In this document: positions 9,651 through 19,208 of the stretch, one piece after another
How the letters are laid out: each line of letters starts with the position of its first letter
Position numbering within the stretch: position 1 is the stretch's first letter
Assembly (NCBI GenBank): GCA_029288895.1
Contig: JARIGK010000002.1
Location: forward strand, 94,986-158,985
Source: Candidatus Adlerbacteria bacterium
Lineage (GTDB): Bacteria; Patescibacteriota; Minisyncoccia; Phycocordibacterales; SBAW01
Length of the DNA stretch: 64,000 nt
Direction: 5' to 3'
Notes under the pieces: model-generated
What the model was told of the DNA's origin: nothing
The model's database searches: none
Seen by the model: the letters and a program-made list of their open reading frames with translations, nothing else
Translations under genes and position numbers: made by a program

Positions 9651-10223
9651 ATGGATGAAAGAACGGATGAAGAATTGCTTGCCGCAAGTGTCGAGGGCGA
9701 GAATAGTGCATTCGACAAGCTGGTGGAACGCCACGCGGCAGGAGTCTATTCGTTTGTGCTGCGCCTTGTTGGTGATTCGCGGGAGGCAGAAGACATCACT
9801 CAAGACATATTTCTTAAAGTCTGGCAGAGCCGAAAAAAATACGACATCCATGCAAGCCGATTTAAGACATGGATGTTTCGTATTGCACGCAACACAACCA
9901 TCGACTATCTCCGCAAAAAGAAGTACGCAGTCTTTTCTGAGTTTGACGATGCGGAAGGCACTAATTCGATAACCGACACTTTAGCGGACAGCGAGCTCTT
10001 GCCGGACGAAGCATTCGCCGCACACGAAACCGCAGAAGAGGTCCGCACAGCCCTTCTTACTCTCTCACCCAAATATCGCGAGGTAATCGCACTCCACTAC
10101 ACAAATCATATGACACTCGAAGATATATCACGCGTACTACAGGAGTCGCACAATACGGTTAAAAGTAGGCATCGCCGGGCGCTCCTGGCCCTCCGCGCTG
10201 CCCTGCTGCCCACACGCACCTAA
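9651..10223 (+). CDS. ECF-subfamily RNA polymerase sigma factor
   Basis: AEDITQDIFLKVW, FKTWMFRIARNTTIDYLRK and region 4 TVKSRHRRA; start ATG 9651. Confidence 0.95.
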   Translation: MDERTDEELLAASVEGENSAFDKLVERHAAGVYSFVLRLVGDSREAEDITQDIFLKVWQSRKKYDIHASRFKTWMFRIARNTTIDYLRKKKYAVFSEFDDAEGTNSITDTLADSELLPDEAFAAHETAEEVRTALLTLSPKYREVIALHYTNHMTLEDISRVLQESHNTVKSRHRRALLALRAALLPTRT

Positions 10224-10243
10224 CGAGACTATATATACGTATA
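10209..10243 (+). promoter_or_regulatory. Putative ECF-sigma promoter, copy 2
   Basis: CCCACACGCACCT-N16-CGTATA overlapping the sigma stop codon, 3 nt before ATG 10247. Confidence 0.6.
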
Positions 10244-10246
10244 TCT

Positions 10247-10648
10247 ATGGACATGAACTTGAATAACCCACTTTCTCTGGCACTCCGCGAAGAGCAGGCC
10301 CCTCAGGGCTTGGTTCGTGCTATTTGCGCACGCATCGCTCTGGCCCGCCAGCAAAACGCGCGCCGTAAAACATTGCTGCTCGGTATTGCATCTATTGTCT
10401 TTGGCATTTCACTAGTGCCCGCGTTCCAGTACGCAGCTGGCGAGCTCTACGCATCGGGCTTTTATGAATATATGTCGCTGATCTTCTCCGACAGCGGTTT
10501 GGTGTTGTCTGTCTGGCGCCAATTTGCCTTCTCGCTTATTGAATCTATTCCCTCCCTTGCCATCCTTGTATTACTCGCGCTGTGCGGCGCGCTAGGATGG
10601 TCGCTGCGCCGTGCATTTATTAACGCACGCACAGCATTTTCGTTCTAA
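10247..10648 (+). CDS. Membrane protein, putative anti-sigma factor
   Basis: Directly after the ECF gene; short cytosolic N-terminus plus TMs. Confidence 0.65.
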   Translation: MDMNLNNPLSLALREEQAPQGLVRAICARIALARQQNARRKTLLLGIASIVFGISLVPAFQYAAGELYASGFYEYMSLIFSDSGLVLSVWRQFAFSLIESIPSLAILVLLALCGALGWSLRRAFINARTAFSF

Positions 10649-10660
10649 ATCATTGTATAT

Positions 10661-11116
10661 ATGGACACCCGCGAAAAGGTTCGTTTTGGCTGGTTACGAT
10701 GGGCACTTCTTGCACTCGGCGCATTGCTCATCTTTTTTTTGATCTTTGACGCAGGTGTCGCGGTTGGCATGCGCTACTCGATGGGGATGCGCGGCCCAGG
10801 CGGGCATGTCGGTATGCCTGCACAACAATTTGGGTTTGGCGGCTTTGGTATCGCCGTACCGCATGGATATATCCCAGAAGGCCATGGTGCAGTAGGGACT
10901 ATCCAAACCATAGACGCCACTACTATTACATTACAAACACGCGAAGGAGGCACCCAGGTTGTTGCCATTAATGCAAACACACATATTCAGAGCGCAACCA
11001 CAACCGGCACTCTGAAAGACCTCCGGCCTGGACAGACAATTGTTGTACTTGGCGACCCACATGAAGCAACTTCAAGCCAGCAATTAACTGCTGCGTTTAT
11101 TCGCATACTCCGATAA
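10661..11116 (+). CDS. Membrane-anchored DUF5666-like OB-fold protein
   Basis: TM, Gly-rich linker, then GTIQTIDATTITL...DLRPGQTIVVLG. Confidence 0.65.
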   Translation: MDTREKVRFGWLRWALLALGALLIFFLIFDAGVAVGMRYSMGMRGPGGHVGMPAQQFGFGGFGIAVPHGYIPEGHGAVGTIQTIDATTITLQTREGGTQVVAINANTHIQSATTTGTLKDLRPGQTIVVLGDPHEATSSQQLTAAFIRILR

Positions 11117-11121
11117 CAAGC

Positions 11122-12930
11122 ATGAGCATCAAAATGACTGCGCTTTCATATTGGATACCCGTTAAAAAGTATATTGTTGCGCACAAAGCTATCAGCGGTG
11201 TTATTGCTGTTGCCCTGCTTGGTGGCATATGGTGGGCGTACAACACAGCCACTGCAGCACCTGCACAAACGCGCTACATCCTTGGGACCGTTGCCTCGAG
11301 CACAACGATTATCTCGACCGTGTCCGCATCAGGCCAGGTTGCAGCTTCCAATAGCATCGACATCAAACCGCAAGTAAGCGGGCAAATTACCTGGATTGGC
11401 GTTAAAGCTGGCCAGACTGTGTACCAAGGGCAAGCGCTTGCGTCGATAGACAGTACGGATGCGCGGCAGACACTACAGGAAGCAGAGAGCAACCTTGCAA
11501 CGGACAAACTCAACTTCCAAAAATCACAAGCGCAAGCACCCATTGATTATCAAAACGACCAGACAACGCTCGCAAACGCACAGACGGATTTACAGGATTC
11601 GTATAACGATATGTTTAACGACCTCACGGGAGTCTACCTCGACTTGCCTGCCGTGATGACGACGTCGCAAACCGTGCTCTACGGATATGATTTCGACAAT
11701 AAAAAAGTGCAGTGGAATGTTGATGCCTTGATGAATATTTTTAACCCAACATACGAAGACACAACGAGCGTAAAATCCTTCCAAACCACTGCAGTCAGCA
11801 ACTATAACGCTGCGAAAACTGCGTACCAGAATGCATTGTCTGCGTACCAGCTCTTTACCCGCACATCAGACAATGCGTCGATGGATGCAATGCTCAGCCA
11901 GTCCATTACGATGACAACGGCAGTGGCGCAAGCGCTCCAGAGCGAACTCAACTATCTGGGCAGCGCGTCTGACTTAGCTAACAAAAACAATATTTCCCTT
12001 CCTGCAAATTTCTCCAGCATCCAAAGCAGCGCACGCACCAACCTCGCAACTGCAAACACTGACCTGTCAAAGTTGTTGGTCGATAAAAAGACACTCACGA
12101 GCAATAAACAAGCAATTGTGAACGCCCAACACACTATTTCTCTTGACCAAGTCGGCAACACGTCCGACGGCAGCAACCCCATTAGCCTCCAGGTGTCAGC
12201 AAACAACATAGCGAAAGAAGAACAAGATATCGCAAACCAAAAAGCTGACTTGGCTAAATACACTATCGTCGCACCATTTAACGGCACGCTCTCTGCAGTA
12301 GATGCAAAAGTTGGCGACACAGCAGGCTCGAGCGCTGTTGCAACCATCATCACCCATTCGCAAATTGCAAATTTGAGCCTGAACGAAGTCGATGCTGCAA
12401 AAATTAAACTTGGCCAAAAAGCGACACTTACCTTCGATGCAATTGACGGCCTAACACTGACGGGCACCATCGCAGAAATTGACAGCGTTGGCACCGTGAG
12501 CCAAGGCGTCGTCTCCTACCAAGTACAAATTAGCTTTGACACCCAGGACCCGCGCATAAAACCTGGCATGACGATTAATGCATCAATCCAAACAGGCGTA
12601 GTGCAGGATGCCCTTTCGGTTCCATCAAGCGCGGTCAAAACGCTGAATGGTGAAAGTTACGTACAGATGTTTACCCCGCCGCTTACAGACACCGGCGGCA
12701 CAACAGGCGTTACATCAGACACGCCGCCGCAAATGGTGCCAGTGACGATAGGCATTTCTGATGACACCAACATCCAGATACTTTCAGGACTCGAAGCAGG
12801 CCAGCAGATTGTTGTAGGCACTCGCTCAAGCACAAAAACAACAACATCAGCTGCACGCCCTACAACAGGTGGCGCCGGGGGCAATCGAGGATTTGGCGGC
12901 GGAGGCGGCGGTATCCGCATCGGAGGATAA
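11122..12930 (+). CDS. MacA/HlyD-type periplasmic adaptor with long coiled coil
   Basis: VSGQITWIGVKAGQTV, IVAPFNGT, LNEVDAAKIKLGQ, IKPGMT. Confidence 0.9.
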   Translation: MSIKMTALSYWIPVKKYIVAHKAISGVIAVALLGGIWWAYNTATAAPAQTRYILGTVASSTTIISTVSASGQVAASNSIDIKPQVSGQITWIGVKAGQTVYQGQALASIDSTDARQTLQEAESNLATDKLNFQKSQAQAPIDYQNDQTTLANAQTDLQDSYNDMFNDLTGVYLDLPAVMTTSQTVLYGYDFDNKKVQWNVDALMNIFNPTYEDTTSVKSFQTTAVSNYNAAKTAYQNALSAYQLFTRTSDNASMDAMLSQSITMTTAVAQALQSELNYLGSASDLANKNNISLPANFSSIQSSARTNLATANTDLSKLLVDKKTLTSNKQAIVNAQHTISLDQVGNTSDGSNPISLQVSANNIAKEEQDIANQKADLAKYTIVAPFNGTLSAVDAKVGDTAGSSAVATIITHSQIANLSLNEVDAAKIKLGQKATLTFDAIDGLTLTGTIAEIDSVGTVSQGVVSYQVQISFDTQDPRIKPGMTINASIQTGVVQDALSVPSSAVKTLNGESYVQMFTPPLTDTGGTTGVTSDTPPQMVPVTIGISDDTNIQILSGLEAGQQIVVGTRSSTKTTTSAARPTTGGAGGNRGFGGGGGGIRIGG

Positions 12931-13637
12931 TGATTGAAGTTACAGACATAACAAAAACATACGGCAACGGCGACACTACTTTTCAAGCATTGAAGGGCGT
13001 TTCGTTTACCATCGAAGATGGCGAATTTGTGGCAATCATGGGGCCATCTGGCTCGGGCAAATCAACAATGATGCATATTTTAGGCTGCCTCGACATACCA
13101 ACTACGGGCACATACTTCCTCGATGGGAAAGATGTCTCAACGATGGACGACGAGCAATTGGCTGACATCCGAAAAGATAAAGTCGGCTTCGTCTTTCAGG
13201 CATTTAACCTGCTCCCCCGCACGACGGTGCTCCGCAATGTTGTGCTGCCGCTTGTGTACGCTGGCGTGGGCATAGATGAACGAGAGAAGCGTGCAAAACA
13301 TGCACTTGTGTCTGCTGGTTTGACCGAAAGCCACTTCTTACACAAAAGCAATGAGCTCTCTGGCGGACAAATTCAGCGTGTAGCAATTGCACGCGCATTG
13401 GTAAACGAACCAACACTTATTTTGGCCGACGAACCGACAGGCAATCTAGACACTAAAACCGGCGAGGTCGTCCTTGGCACATTCCAAAAACTAAACGAAG
13501 AACACGGCCGCACTATCGTGCTCATTACCCACGAGCCAGATGTTGCCGAACACGCAAAACGCATCATAACGCTGCGCGACGGAACTATAGTGTCCGACAC
13601 CACATCACACACGCGCCGTCGCGCACATCACATATGA
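12930..13637 (+). CDS. MacB/LolD-type ABC transporter ATP-binding subunit
   Basis: GPSGSGKST, LSGGQIQRVAIARAL, LADEPTGNLD. Confidence 0.96.
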   Translation: MIEVTDITKTYGNGDTTFQALKGVSFTIEDGEFVAIMGPSGSGKSTMMHILGCLDIPTTGTYFLDGKDVSTMDDEQLADIRKDKVGFVFQAFNLLPRTTVLRNVVLPLVYAGVGIDEREKRAKHALVSAGLTESHFLHKSNELSGGQIQRVAIARALVNEPTLILADEPTGNLDTKTGEVVLGTFQKLNEEHGRTIVLITHEPDVAEHAKRIITLRDGTIVSDTTSHTRRRAHHI

Positions 13638-14884
13638 CACTGAACGACACATTACAAGAAACATTTACTGCCCTCTCGGCAAACAAAGTCCGCTCAGGGC
13701 TCACAGTACTTGGCATCGTCATTGGCATCGGCTCTGTCATTGCCATGGTGTCCGTTGGACAAGGTGCGGCGTCTGGCATCCAGTCGTCTATACAGTCGCT
13801 TGGCTCAAACCTGTTGCAAGTAACGCCAGGGGCCGCACGCACCGCAGGCGGTTTTGGCGTCTCGGGCGGCCGCGGAACCTCTTCGACATTAAAACAGGAT
13901 GACGCTAACGCTATTGCGTCACAGGTGCAATATGTTGCAGGCGTTGCAAGCGAAGTGTCGAGCCGCCAGCAAATTACGGCAAAAGGCACAAACACAAACA
14001 CCTCTGTTATTGGCGTCACCAGCGCATACCCAGAAATTCGCAACGTCTCTATAGATCAAGGCAGTTTTATTAGCGACGATCAAAATAACTCACTGGCCAA
14101 AGTCGCCGTACTCGGGCCCACCGCCGCAGGCGACCTGTTTGGCACCGACGACACCACAGCAGATGGCTTGCCTAACGGCATTGTCGGCCAAACTATCCGC
14201 ATCAAAGGGATGGAATTTAAAGTTATTGGCATCACTGCAGCAAAAGGTTCGAGCGGCTTCTCCAATCAAGACGACACTGTCTATATACCAGCAAAAAGCG
14301 CACAGCGATTTCTCACAGGCAACGATTCCGTCTCATCAATCGATATCCAAGCGTCGAGCGCAGACACTATGGCAACAGTACAAGACGATGTGACGAACCT
14401 TCTTCTTGCCCTCCATGGCATCAGCGACCCGACAAAAGCAGATTTTAGCGTTTTAAACCAAAACGATTTACTTTCTGCAGTGTCCAATGTGTCACAAACA
14501 CTCACCATTCTCTTGGCGTCCATTGCAGGCATCTCACTTATTGTTGGAGGCATCGGCATTATGAACATGATGCTCACCACTGTGACAGAGCGCACGCGCG
14601 AAATCGGCCTACGCAAAGCTATTGGCGCAAAGAAAGCAGATATCAGCCGCCAATTTCTCATCGAAGCCACGGTCCTTACCCTCATCGGTGGCACACTTGG
14701 TGTCGTGCTTGGCGGTGGCGTTGCCTTAGCCATAAACGCATTGGGTCTGATTACAACCAGCATATCCGTATCGTCGGTCGTGCTGGCGTTTGGTGTTTCG
14801 GCAGCGATTGGCATCCTCTTTGGGTGGTACCCGGCGCGGCGTGCAGCCTCGCTCAACCCTATCGAGGCGTTGCGATATGAATAA
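13634..14884 (+). CDS. MacB-type ABC transporter permease
   Basis: RSGLTVLGIVIGIGSVI, GGIGIMNMML, ERTREIGLRKAIGA, PIEALRYE. Confidence 0.96.
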   Translation: MTLNDTLQETFTALSANKVRSGLTVLGIVIGIGSVIAMVSVGQGAASGIQSSIQSLGSNLLQVTPGAARTAGGFGVSGGRGTSSTLKQDDANAIASQVQYVAGVASEVSSRQQITAKGTNTNTSVIGVTSAYPEIRNVSIDQGSFISDDQNNSLAKVAVLGPTAAGDLFGTDDTTADGLPNGIVGQTIRIKGMEFKVIGITAAKGSSGFSNQDDTVYIPAKSAQRFLTGNDSVSSIDIQASSADTMATVQDDVTNLLLALHGISDPTKADFSVLNQNDLLSAVSNVSQTLTILLASIAGISLIVGGIGIMNMMLTTVTERTREIGLRKAIGAKKADISRQFLIEATVLTLIGGTLGVVLGGGVALAINALGLITTSISVSSVVLAFGVSAAIGILFGWYPARRAASLNPIEALRYE

Positions 14885-14910
14885 TTAGTAATGATAAGAG
14901 AATAGATAGT

Positions 14911-15318
14911 ATGAACACACAGAGTAAAATTATTAGTGCGGTTGTAGTACTTATATTGATGGGCGGTTCATTCTGGGGCGGCATAACGTATGCAAAAGCG
15001 CACCCGACGCGCGGGCAGTTTAATACTCAGTTTGGAGGCGCAGCGGGTGGCCGCGCAGGTGGATTTGGCCGCGGCGGCATGGGTGGCGCGTCTGTGGGAC
15101 AAGTAGTCTCCGCTGACAAAACCACCATGACTATTAAACTCGCCAGCGGCTCGACGCAGATTGTACTCTTTAGTACGTCAACTCAAATTATGAAAAGTGT
15201 CGCGGGTACTGCATCCGATCTTTCTGCCGGAACAAATGTTATAATCATGGGGCAACCGAACAGTGACGGCAGCCTTACGGCCCAGTCTGTTCAAATTAGG
15301 CCAGCAGTAAATAGATAA
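14911..15318 (+). CDS. Membrane-anchored DUF5666-like protein
   Basis: Same layout as 10661-11116 (TM, Gly-rich linker, DLSAGTNVIIMG...LTAQSVQI). Confidence 0.7.
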   Translation: MNTQSKIISAVVVLILMGGSFWGGITYAKAHPTRGQFNTQFGGAAGGRAGGFGRGGMGGASVGQVVSADKTTMTIKLASGSTQIVLFSTSTQIMKSVAGTASDLSAGTNVIIMGQPNSDGSLTAQSVQIRPAVNR

Positions 15319-15327
15319 TTAAAACGT

Positions 15328-15831
15328 ATGAATAAAAAGTTTCTTGTAGGAGGAATCATCGTTGTACTTTTAGGAGGCTACGCGCTCTGGGCGGCATCGC
15401 GCTCGAGCACCGCTACGCCCGCAACGACAAATCAAAACGGTCAGACGTCAGCGTCATCAGAGACAACCAACCCTAACGCGGGCGGCACTGCGCAAGATGG
15501 CGGCGTGGGCGACTCATCATCACCTGCCGACAACAATACGGCGCAATACAAAGATGGAACATATACCGGCAAAGTAGGGAGTGCCGCGCCGTATGGTAAC
15601 GTCCAAGTAAAGGCAACTATTTCGGGCGGCAAACTCACCAAAGTAGATGTGCTTACCAAGCCAAGCGGCCCAGGCTATACCGACCAATTGTCAGCACAGA
15701 CATTCCCTCTGCTGGTACAAGAAGCCATTAAGGTCCAAGGTTCGGGTGTACACATTGTGAGCGGCGCAACGCAGGACAGCGAAGGCTTCCAGCAGTCGCT
15801 CGCATCGGCGCTCGCACAGGCTTCGATCTAG
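15328..15831 (+). CDS. Extracytosolic FMN-binding protein
   Basis: YKDGTYTG and the flavinylation motif IVSGATQDS. Confidence 0.92.
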   Translation: MNKKFLVGGIIVVLLGGYALWAASRSSTATPATTNQNGQTSASSETTNPNAGGTAQDGGVGDSSSPADNNTAQYKDGTYTGKVGSAAPYGNVQVKATISGGKLTKVDVLTKPSGPGYTDQLSAQTFPLLVQEAIKVQGSGVHIVSGATQDSEGFQQSLASALAQASI

Positions 15832-15835
15832 CACT

Positions 15836-16573
15836 ATGAAAGAGACGCGTGCCATCATGGGCATGCCCATCACTGTCGAAGTGGTGGATGAACATGCCTC
15901 CCAACATATGCTTGAGGAGGTATTTTCATATTTCACCCGCATCGACGAACAATTCAGCACCTACAAAGAGACAAGCGAGATCTCAAAACTAAATAGAAAA
16001 GAAATTGCTGAATTAAGCGATGAAATGCATGAGGTATTGATGTTGGCAGAAAAAACAAAACAAGAAACAAAAGGCTACTTTAATATCAAAAAACTAGACG
16101 GAACTCTAGACCCCTCAGGGATAGTAAAAGGCTGGGCGATTAATAACGCGGCCGATTTGCTGATGCATTGCGGGGCAACTAACTTTTACATTGAAGCAGG
16201 TGGCGATATACAAACACACGGCACAGCAGCCGACGGCGCACAGTGGAGCGTTGGTATAAAAAACCCCTTTAATAAAAACGAAATAGTAAAAGTTATCTAT
16301 CCGCGCGGCCGCGGCGTTGCAACGTCGGGGAGCTATGAGCGCGGCAGCCATATCTACAACCCCCACTCACCCACCGACATATTGTCCGACATAATAAGCA
16401 TTACCGTCGTTGGCCCCAACGTTTTAGAAGCCGACCGTTTCGCCACTGCAGCATTTGCCATGGGCCGCGCTGGAGTCCAGTTCATTGAACAACTGGCCGG
16501 TTTTGAGGCATACTCAATAGATAAAGATGGCATCGCAACCATGACCAGTAATTTCTTTACACTCACTGTATGA
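15836..16573 (+). CDS. apbE: FAD:protein FMN transferase
   Basis: LDPSGIVKGWA, EAGGDI, ATSGSYERG, ADRFATAAFAMG. Confidence 0.93.
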   Translation: MKETRAIMGMPITVEVVDEHASQHMLEEVFSYFTRIDEQFSTYKETSEISKLNRKEIAELSDEMHEVLMLAEKTKQETKGYFNIKKLDGTLDPSGIVKGWAINNAADLLMHCGATNFYIEAGGDIQTHGTAADGAQWSVGIKNPFNKNEIVKVIYPRGRGVATSGSYERGSHIYNPHSPTDILSDIISITVVGPNVLEADRFATAAFAMGRAGVQFIEQLAGFEAYSIDKDGIATMTSNFFTLTV

Positions 16574-18057
16574 ATATAAACATCCCCTTCGTCGACCCCC
16601 TGCTCAACCGCATCACGATGTATCGCGTCGTGCTCTACCATTTGTGCATTCTGTGGCTTGTCGCACTCGCCTATACATTCTTTGGCGTCCTGTCGTTTAC
16701 ACCGCTTGCGCTTATATTCTCGACCGTCGTTATCCTCGGCGTCTGCTGGATAGTCAACGAGCTGTGCGCATGGGCCTGGAATGTGACGCCAAACGTCGAG
16801 TCGGTTTATATCACGGGCTTTATCATCGCGCTTATCATGACGCCAGTCGCAATAGACAACATACATGGCGCTCTTATACTCGCCGCCGCATCTGCCGCAG
16901 CAATGGCATCAAAATACCTGCTTGCGTGGAAGCGCCAACATATCTTTAACCCTGCAGCGTTTGGCGTTGCCTTTACGGGCATTTTGCTTAGCGGTTACGC
17001 CAGCTGGTGGGTTGGAGGCACGCTACCTCTTCTGCCATTTGTGGCAATTGGCGGCTTGCTTATTGTGCGTAAAATACAGCGCTTTGATTTGTTTTGGACC
17101 TACGCTGCAGTCGCTGCCGCGGGCGTATGCATCACGTTTCTGCCGCTCTCGCCGTGGGAGACGCTCAGTGATTTTGCCATTCATTCATCAGCACTCTTTT
17201 TGGCAACAGTAATGCTCACAGAGCCGCTTACGTCGCCTCCGACGCGCCTCAATAGAATTATCTACGCGGCCATTGTCGGCTTTGTCTTTATTCCGCACCT
17301 GCACATTGGAACGTTCTACACATCGCCAGAACTCGCACTGCTCGTTGGTAACATCTTTGCATTTGCAGTGATGCCAAAAAGCCGCCGCATACTGACGCTT
17401 GTCAAAAGCACGCAAATTGCCGAAGGCATCTACGACTTTACCTTCCGCCCCGACGCGCCGCTCGCCTTCCACGCGGGGCAATATATGGAGTGGACACTCA
17501 AACACTCGCCGTCCGACAGCCGCGGTAACCGCCGGTACTTCACCATCGCCTCTGCCCCCACAGAACAAGAAATCCACTTAGGTATCAAAACCTACGACCC
17601 AGCAAGTACGTTTAAAAAAGCGCTCGTCGGGATGAAGACCGGCGACACTATTTCTGTGGGCCAGCTTTCGGGTGAGTTTACTCTTCCGCACAATGAAAAA
17701 GAGAAACTCTGCTTTATCGCAGGCGGCATCGGCATCACACCCTTCCGCGCGATGGTGCAGCATATGCTCGACACTGGGAGCCAGCGCGATGCGATACTCC
17801 TCTACTCAACAAAAACTCCTGCCGAAGTTGCCTATAAAGAAGTATTTGACGAGGCAGCGCAGAAACTCGCTTTCCGCGCGCACTACACCAACATGCTCAA
17901 CAAAGAGAGCCTTATGCGCGAAGTGCCAGACTACAAAGAACGGATGTTCTACATCTCGGGCCCGCGTGGCATGGTTGTGGCATTCGAACACACCCTCAAA
18001 TCCTTGGGCGTCCCATCGTCCAAAATAAAAATCGACTTCTTCCCCGGGTTTGCCTAA
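16570..18057 (+). CDS. RnfD/NqrB-like membrane domain fused to an FNR-type FAD/NAD(P)-binding domain
   Basis: SKY...HIFNPAA, MLTEPLTSP, RYFTIAS, IAGGIGITPF, FYISGP. Confidence 0.9.
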   Translation: MNINIPFVDPLLNRITMYRVVLYHLCILWLVALAYTFFGVLSFTPLALIFSTVVILGVCWIVNELCAWAWNVTPNVESVYITGFIIALIMTPVAIDNIHGALILAAASAAAMASKYLLAWKRQHIFNPAAFGVAFTGILLSGYASWWVGGTLPLLPFVAIGGLLIVRKIQRFDLFWTYAAVAAAGVCITFLPLSPWETLSDFAIHSSALFLATVMLTEPLTSPPTRLNRIIYAAIVGFVFIPHLHIGTFYTSPELALLVGNIFAFAVMPKSRRILTLVKSTQIAEGIYDFTFRPDAPLAFHAGQYMEWTLKHSPSDSRGNRRYFTIASAPTEQEIHLGIKTYDPASTFKKALVGMKTGDTISVGQLSGEFTLPHNEKEKLCFIAGGIGITPFRAMVQHMLDTGSQRDAILLYSTKTPAEVAYKEVFDEAAQKLAFRAHYTNMLNKESLMREVPDYKERMFYISGPRGMVVAFEHTLKSLGVPSSKIKIDFFPGFA

Positions 18058-18689
18058 AACTCACGAGTCTCGCCGTCTGGGATAGTGACGTATTCGGTGT
18101 TTGGGACAAACATCTTGAGCGCATTGCCAACGAAGCCGCGGAAGAACGGCATAATCATGCCATCGTGCACGCCAAAAGCTTTTGTGGCGTTTACTTGTTT
18201 AGCAAAATCTATTGCATCGCCCATCTTCATCCACGGGCCAGAGACTGGAAGCGCCAACACCTCGACTGGTTTGCCGCACACATGGAAATTGTCTCCTGGG
18301 AAATAAAATTTCTCGGCGACCATATATGCCGTATTTTCACACTGCCCCATCTCGCCATAAATGGGGGCGTGGTCCTTCCCAAACCCTTCGATCGTGATTC
18401 CATTTATTTCCGCACGCTGTCCGTCGCCCACACATGTAGATGCAATTCTTTCTTTTTCTAACAACGCACCTACTGCACTATTAGTAACAACCGTCGCACC
18501 TGGGTTATTTTCGAGCATCTGTTTGACCGATTCAACGTGGAAGTGATCTTGATGTTCGTGTGTTATCAAAATGATATTTATTTCGTGCAGTTCATTCTGC
18601 GCTGTCGTAAAACTACCTGGGTCTGTCACAATCTTTGTGCCATTGATATCCAGCAGCAAACAGCAATGCCCGAATTTAGTGATGTTCAT
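18054..18689 (-). CDS. MBL-fold metallo-hydrolase
   Basis: GHCC, TDPG, THEHQDH, PGD and VHDG motifs; start ATG 18689. Confidence 0.9.
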   Translation of the reverse strand: MNITKFGHCCLLLDINGTKIVTDPGSFTTAQNELHEINIILITHEHQDHFHVESVKQMLENNPGATVVTNSAVGALLEKERIASTCVGDGQRAEINGITIEGFGKDHAPIYGEMGQCENTAYMVAEKFYFPGDNFHVCGKPVEVLALPVSGPWMKMGDAIDFAKQVNATKAFGVHDGMIMPFFRGFVGNALKMFVPNTEYVTIPDGETREF

Positions 18690-18821
18690 AGACCTAGTAT
18701 AGTCGATTGTATTGAGAATTTCCTGAAGTACTGTTGTATTAATAGTAACTGGACAATATAAATTTGGTATTGTAATGCACTTTTCGGTGACATGTTCGTC
18801 ATCTCTTGTAAGAGGTTTGGA

Positions 18822-19154
18822 ATGAAAAAGATGCTGGTTTGCGCTTTTGCGCTGACGCTGACTCCCTGGTTTTCTGCTTCCGCCCAGCAGAACGAGCTCT
18901 ACATGGATCGAATTCTGAAGTTGGGCGACGCCTACTGCCCCAAGTCGGTGTCGCCCATTCCGTGCTCGACGGAGTTCATGAAGATGGCCACCCTGGCCGC
19001 CCATATTGACTTGGCGATGGCGACCTCCAAAGCCTACGCCGCAATCGGGGACCAGAAAGCCGTCGAGGAGCTGCTCCCCGAGCTGAAGAAGAATAGCTCT
19101 GAACTGGAAGTGATGGTGAAGGGATTCGACCAGAAATTCCCCCTGAAGCAGTGA
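18822..19154 (+). CDS. Exported hypothetical protein (orphan, GC3-rich)
   Basis: GAGG SD, signal peptide MKKMLVCAFALTL, own terminator. Confidence 0.65.
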   Translation: MKKMLVCAFALTLTPWFSASAQQNELYMDRILKLGDAYCPKSVSPIPCSTEFMKMATLAAHIDLAMATSKAYAAIGDQKAVEELLPELKKNSSELEVMVKGFDQKFPLKQ

Positions 19155-19177
19155 TCTACTTCGGCGTCACACAACTC

Positions 19178-19208
19178 ACCCCGCAGTTCGCTGCGGGGTT
19201 TTCTTTTT
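19178..19208 (+). terminator. Intrinsic terminator
   Basis: ACCCCGCAG-TTCG-CTGCGGGGT followed by a T-run. Confidence 0.85.

Noticed and set aside
1087-9972. Long antisense ORFs (1087-1887, 1313-2215, 2401-3378, 8653-9972; likewise 46273-47202)
   Set aside because: Shadow frames opposite well-supported genes, with no recognisable motifs.
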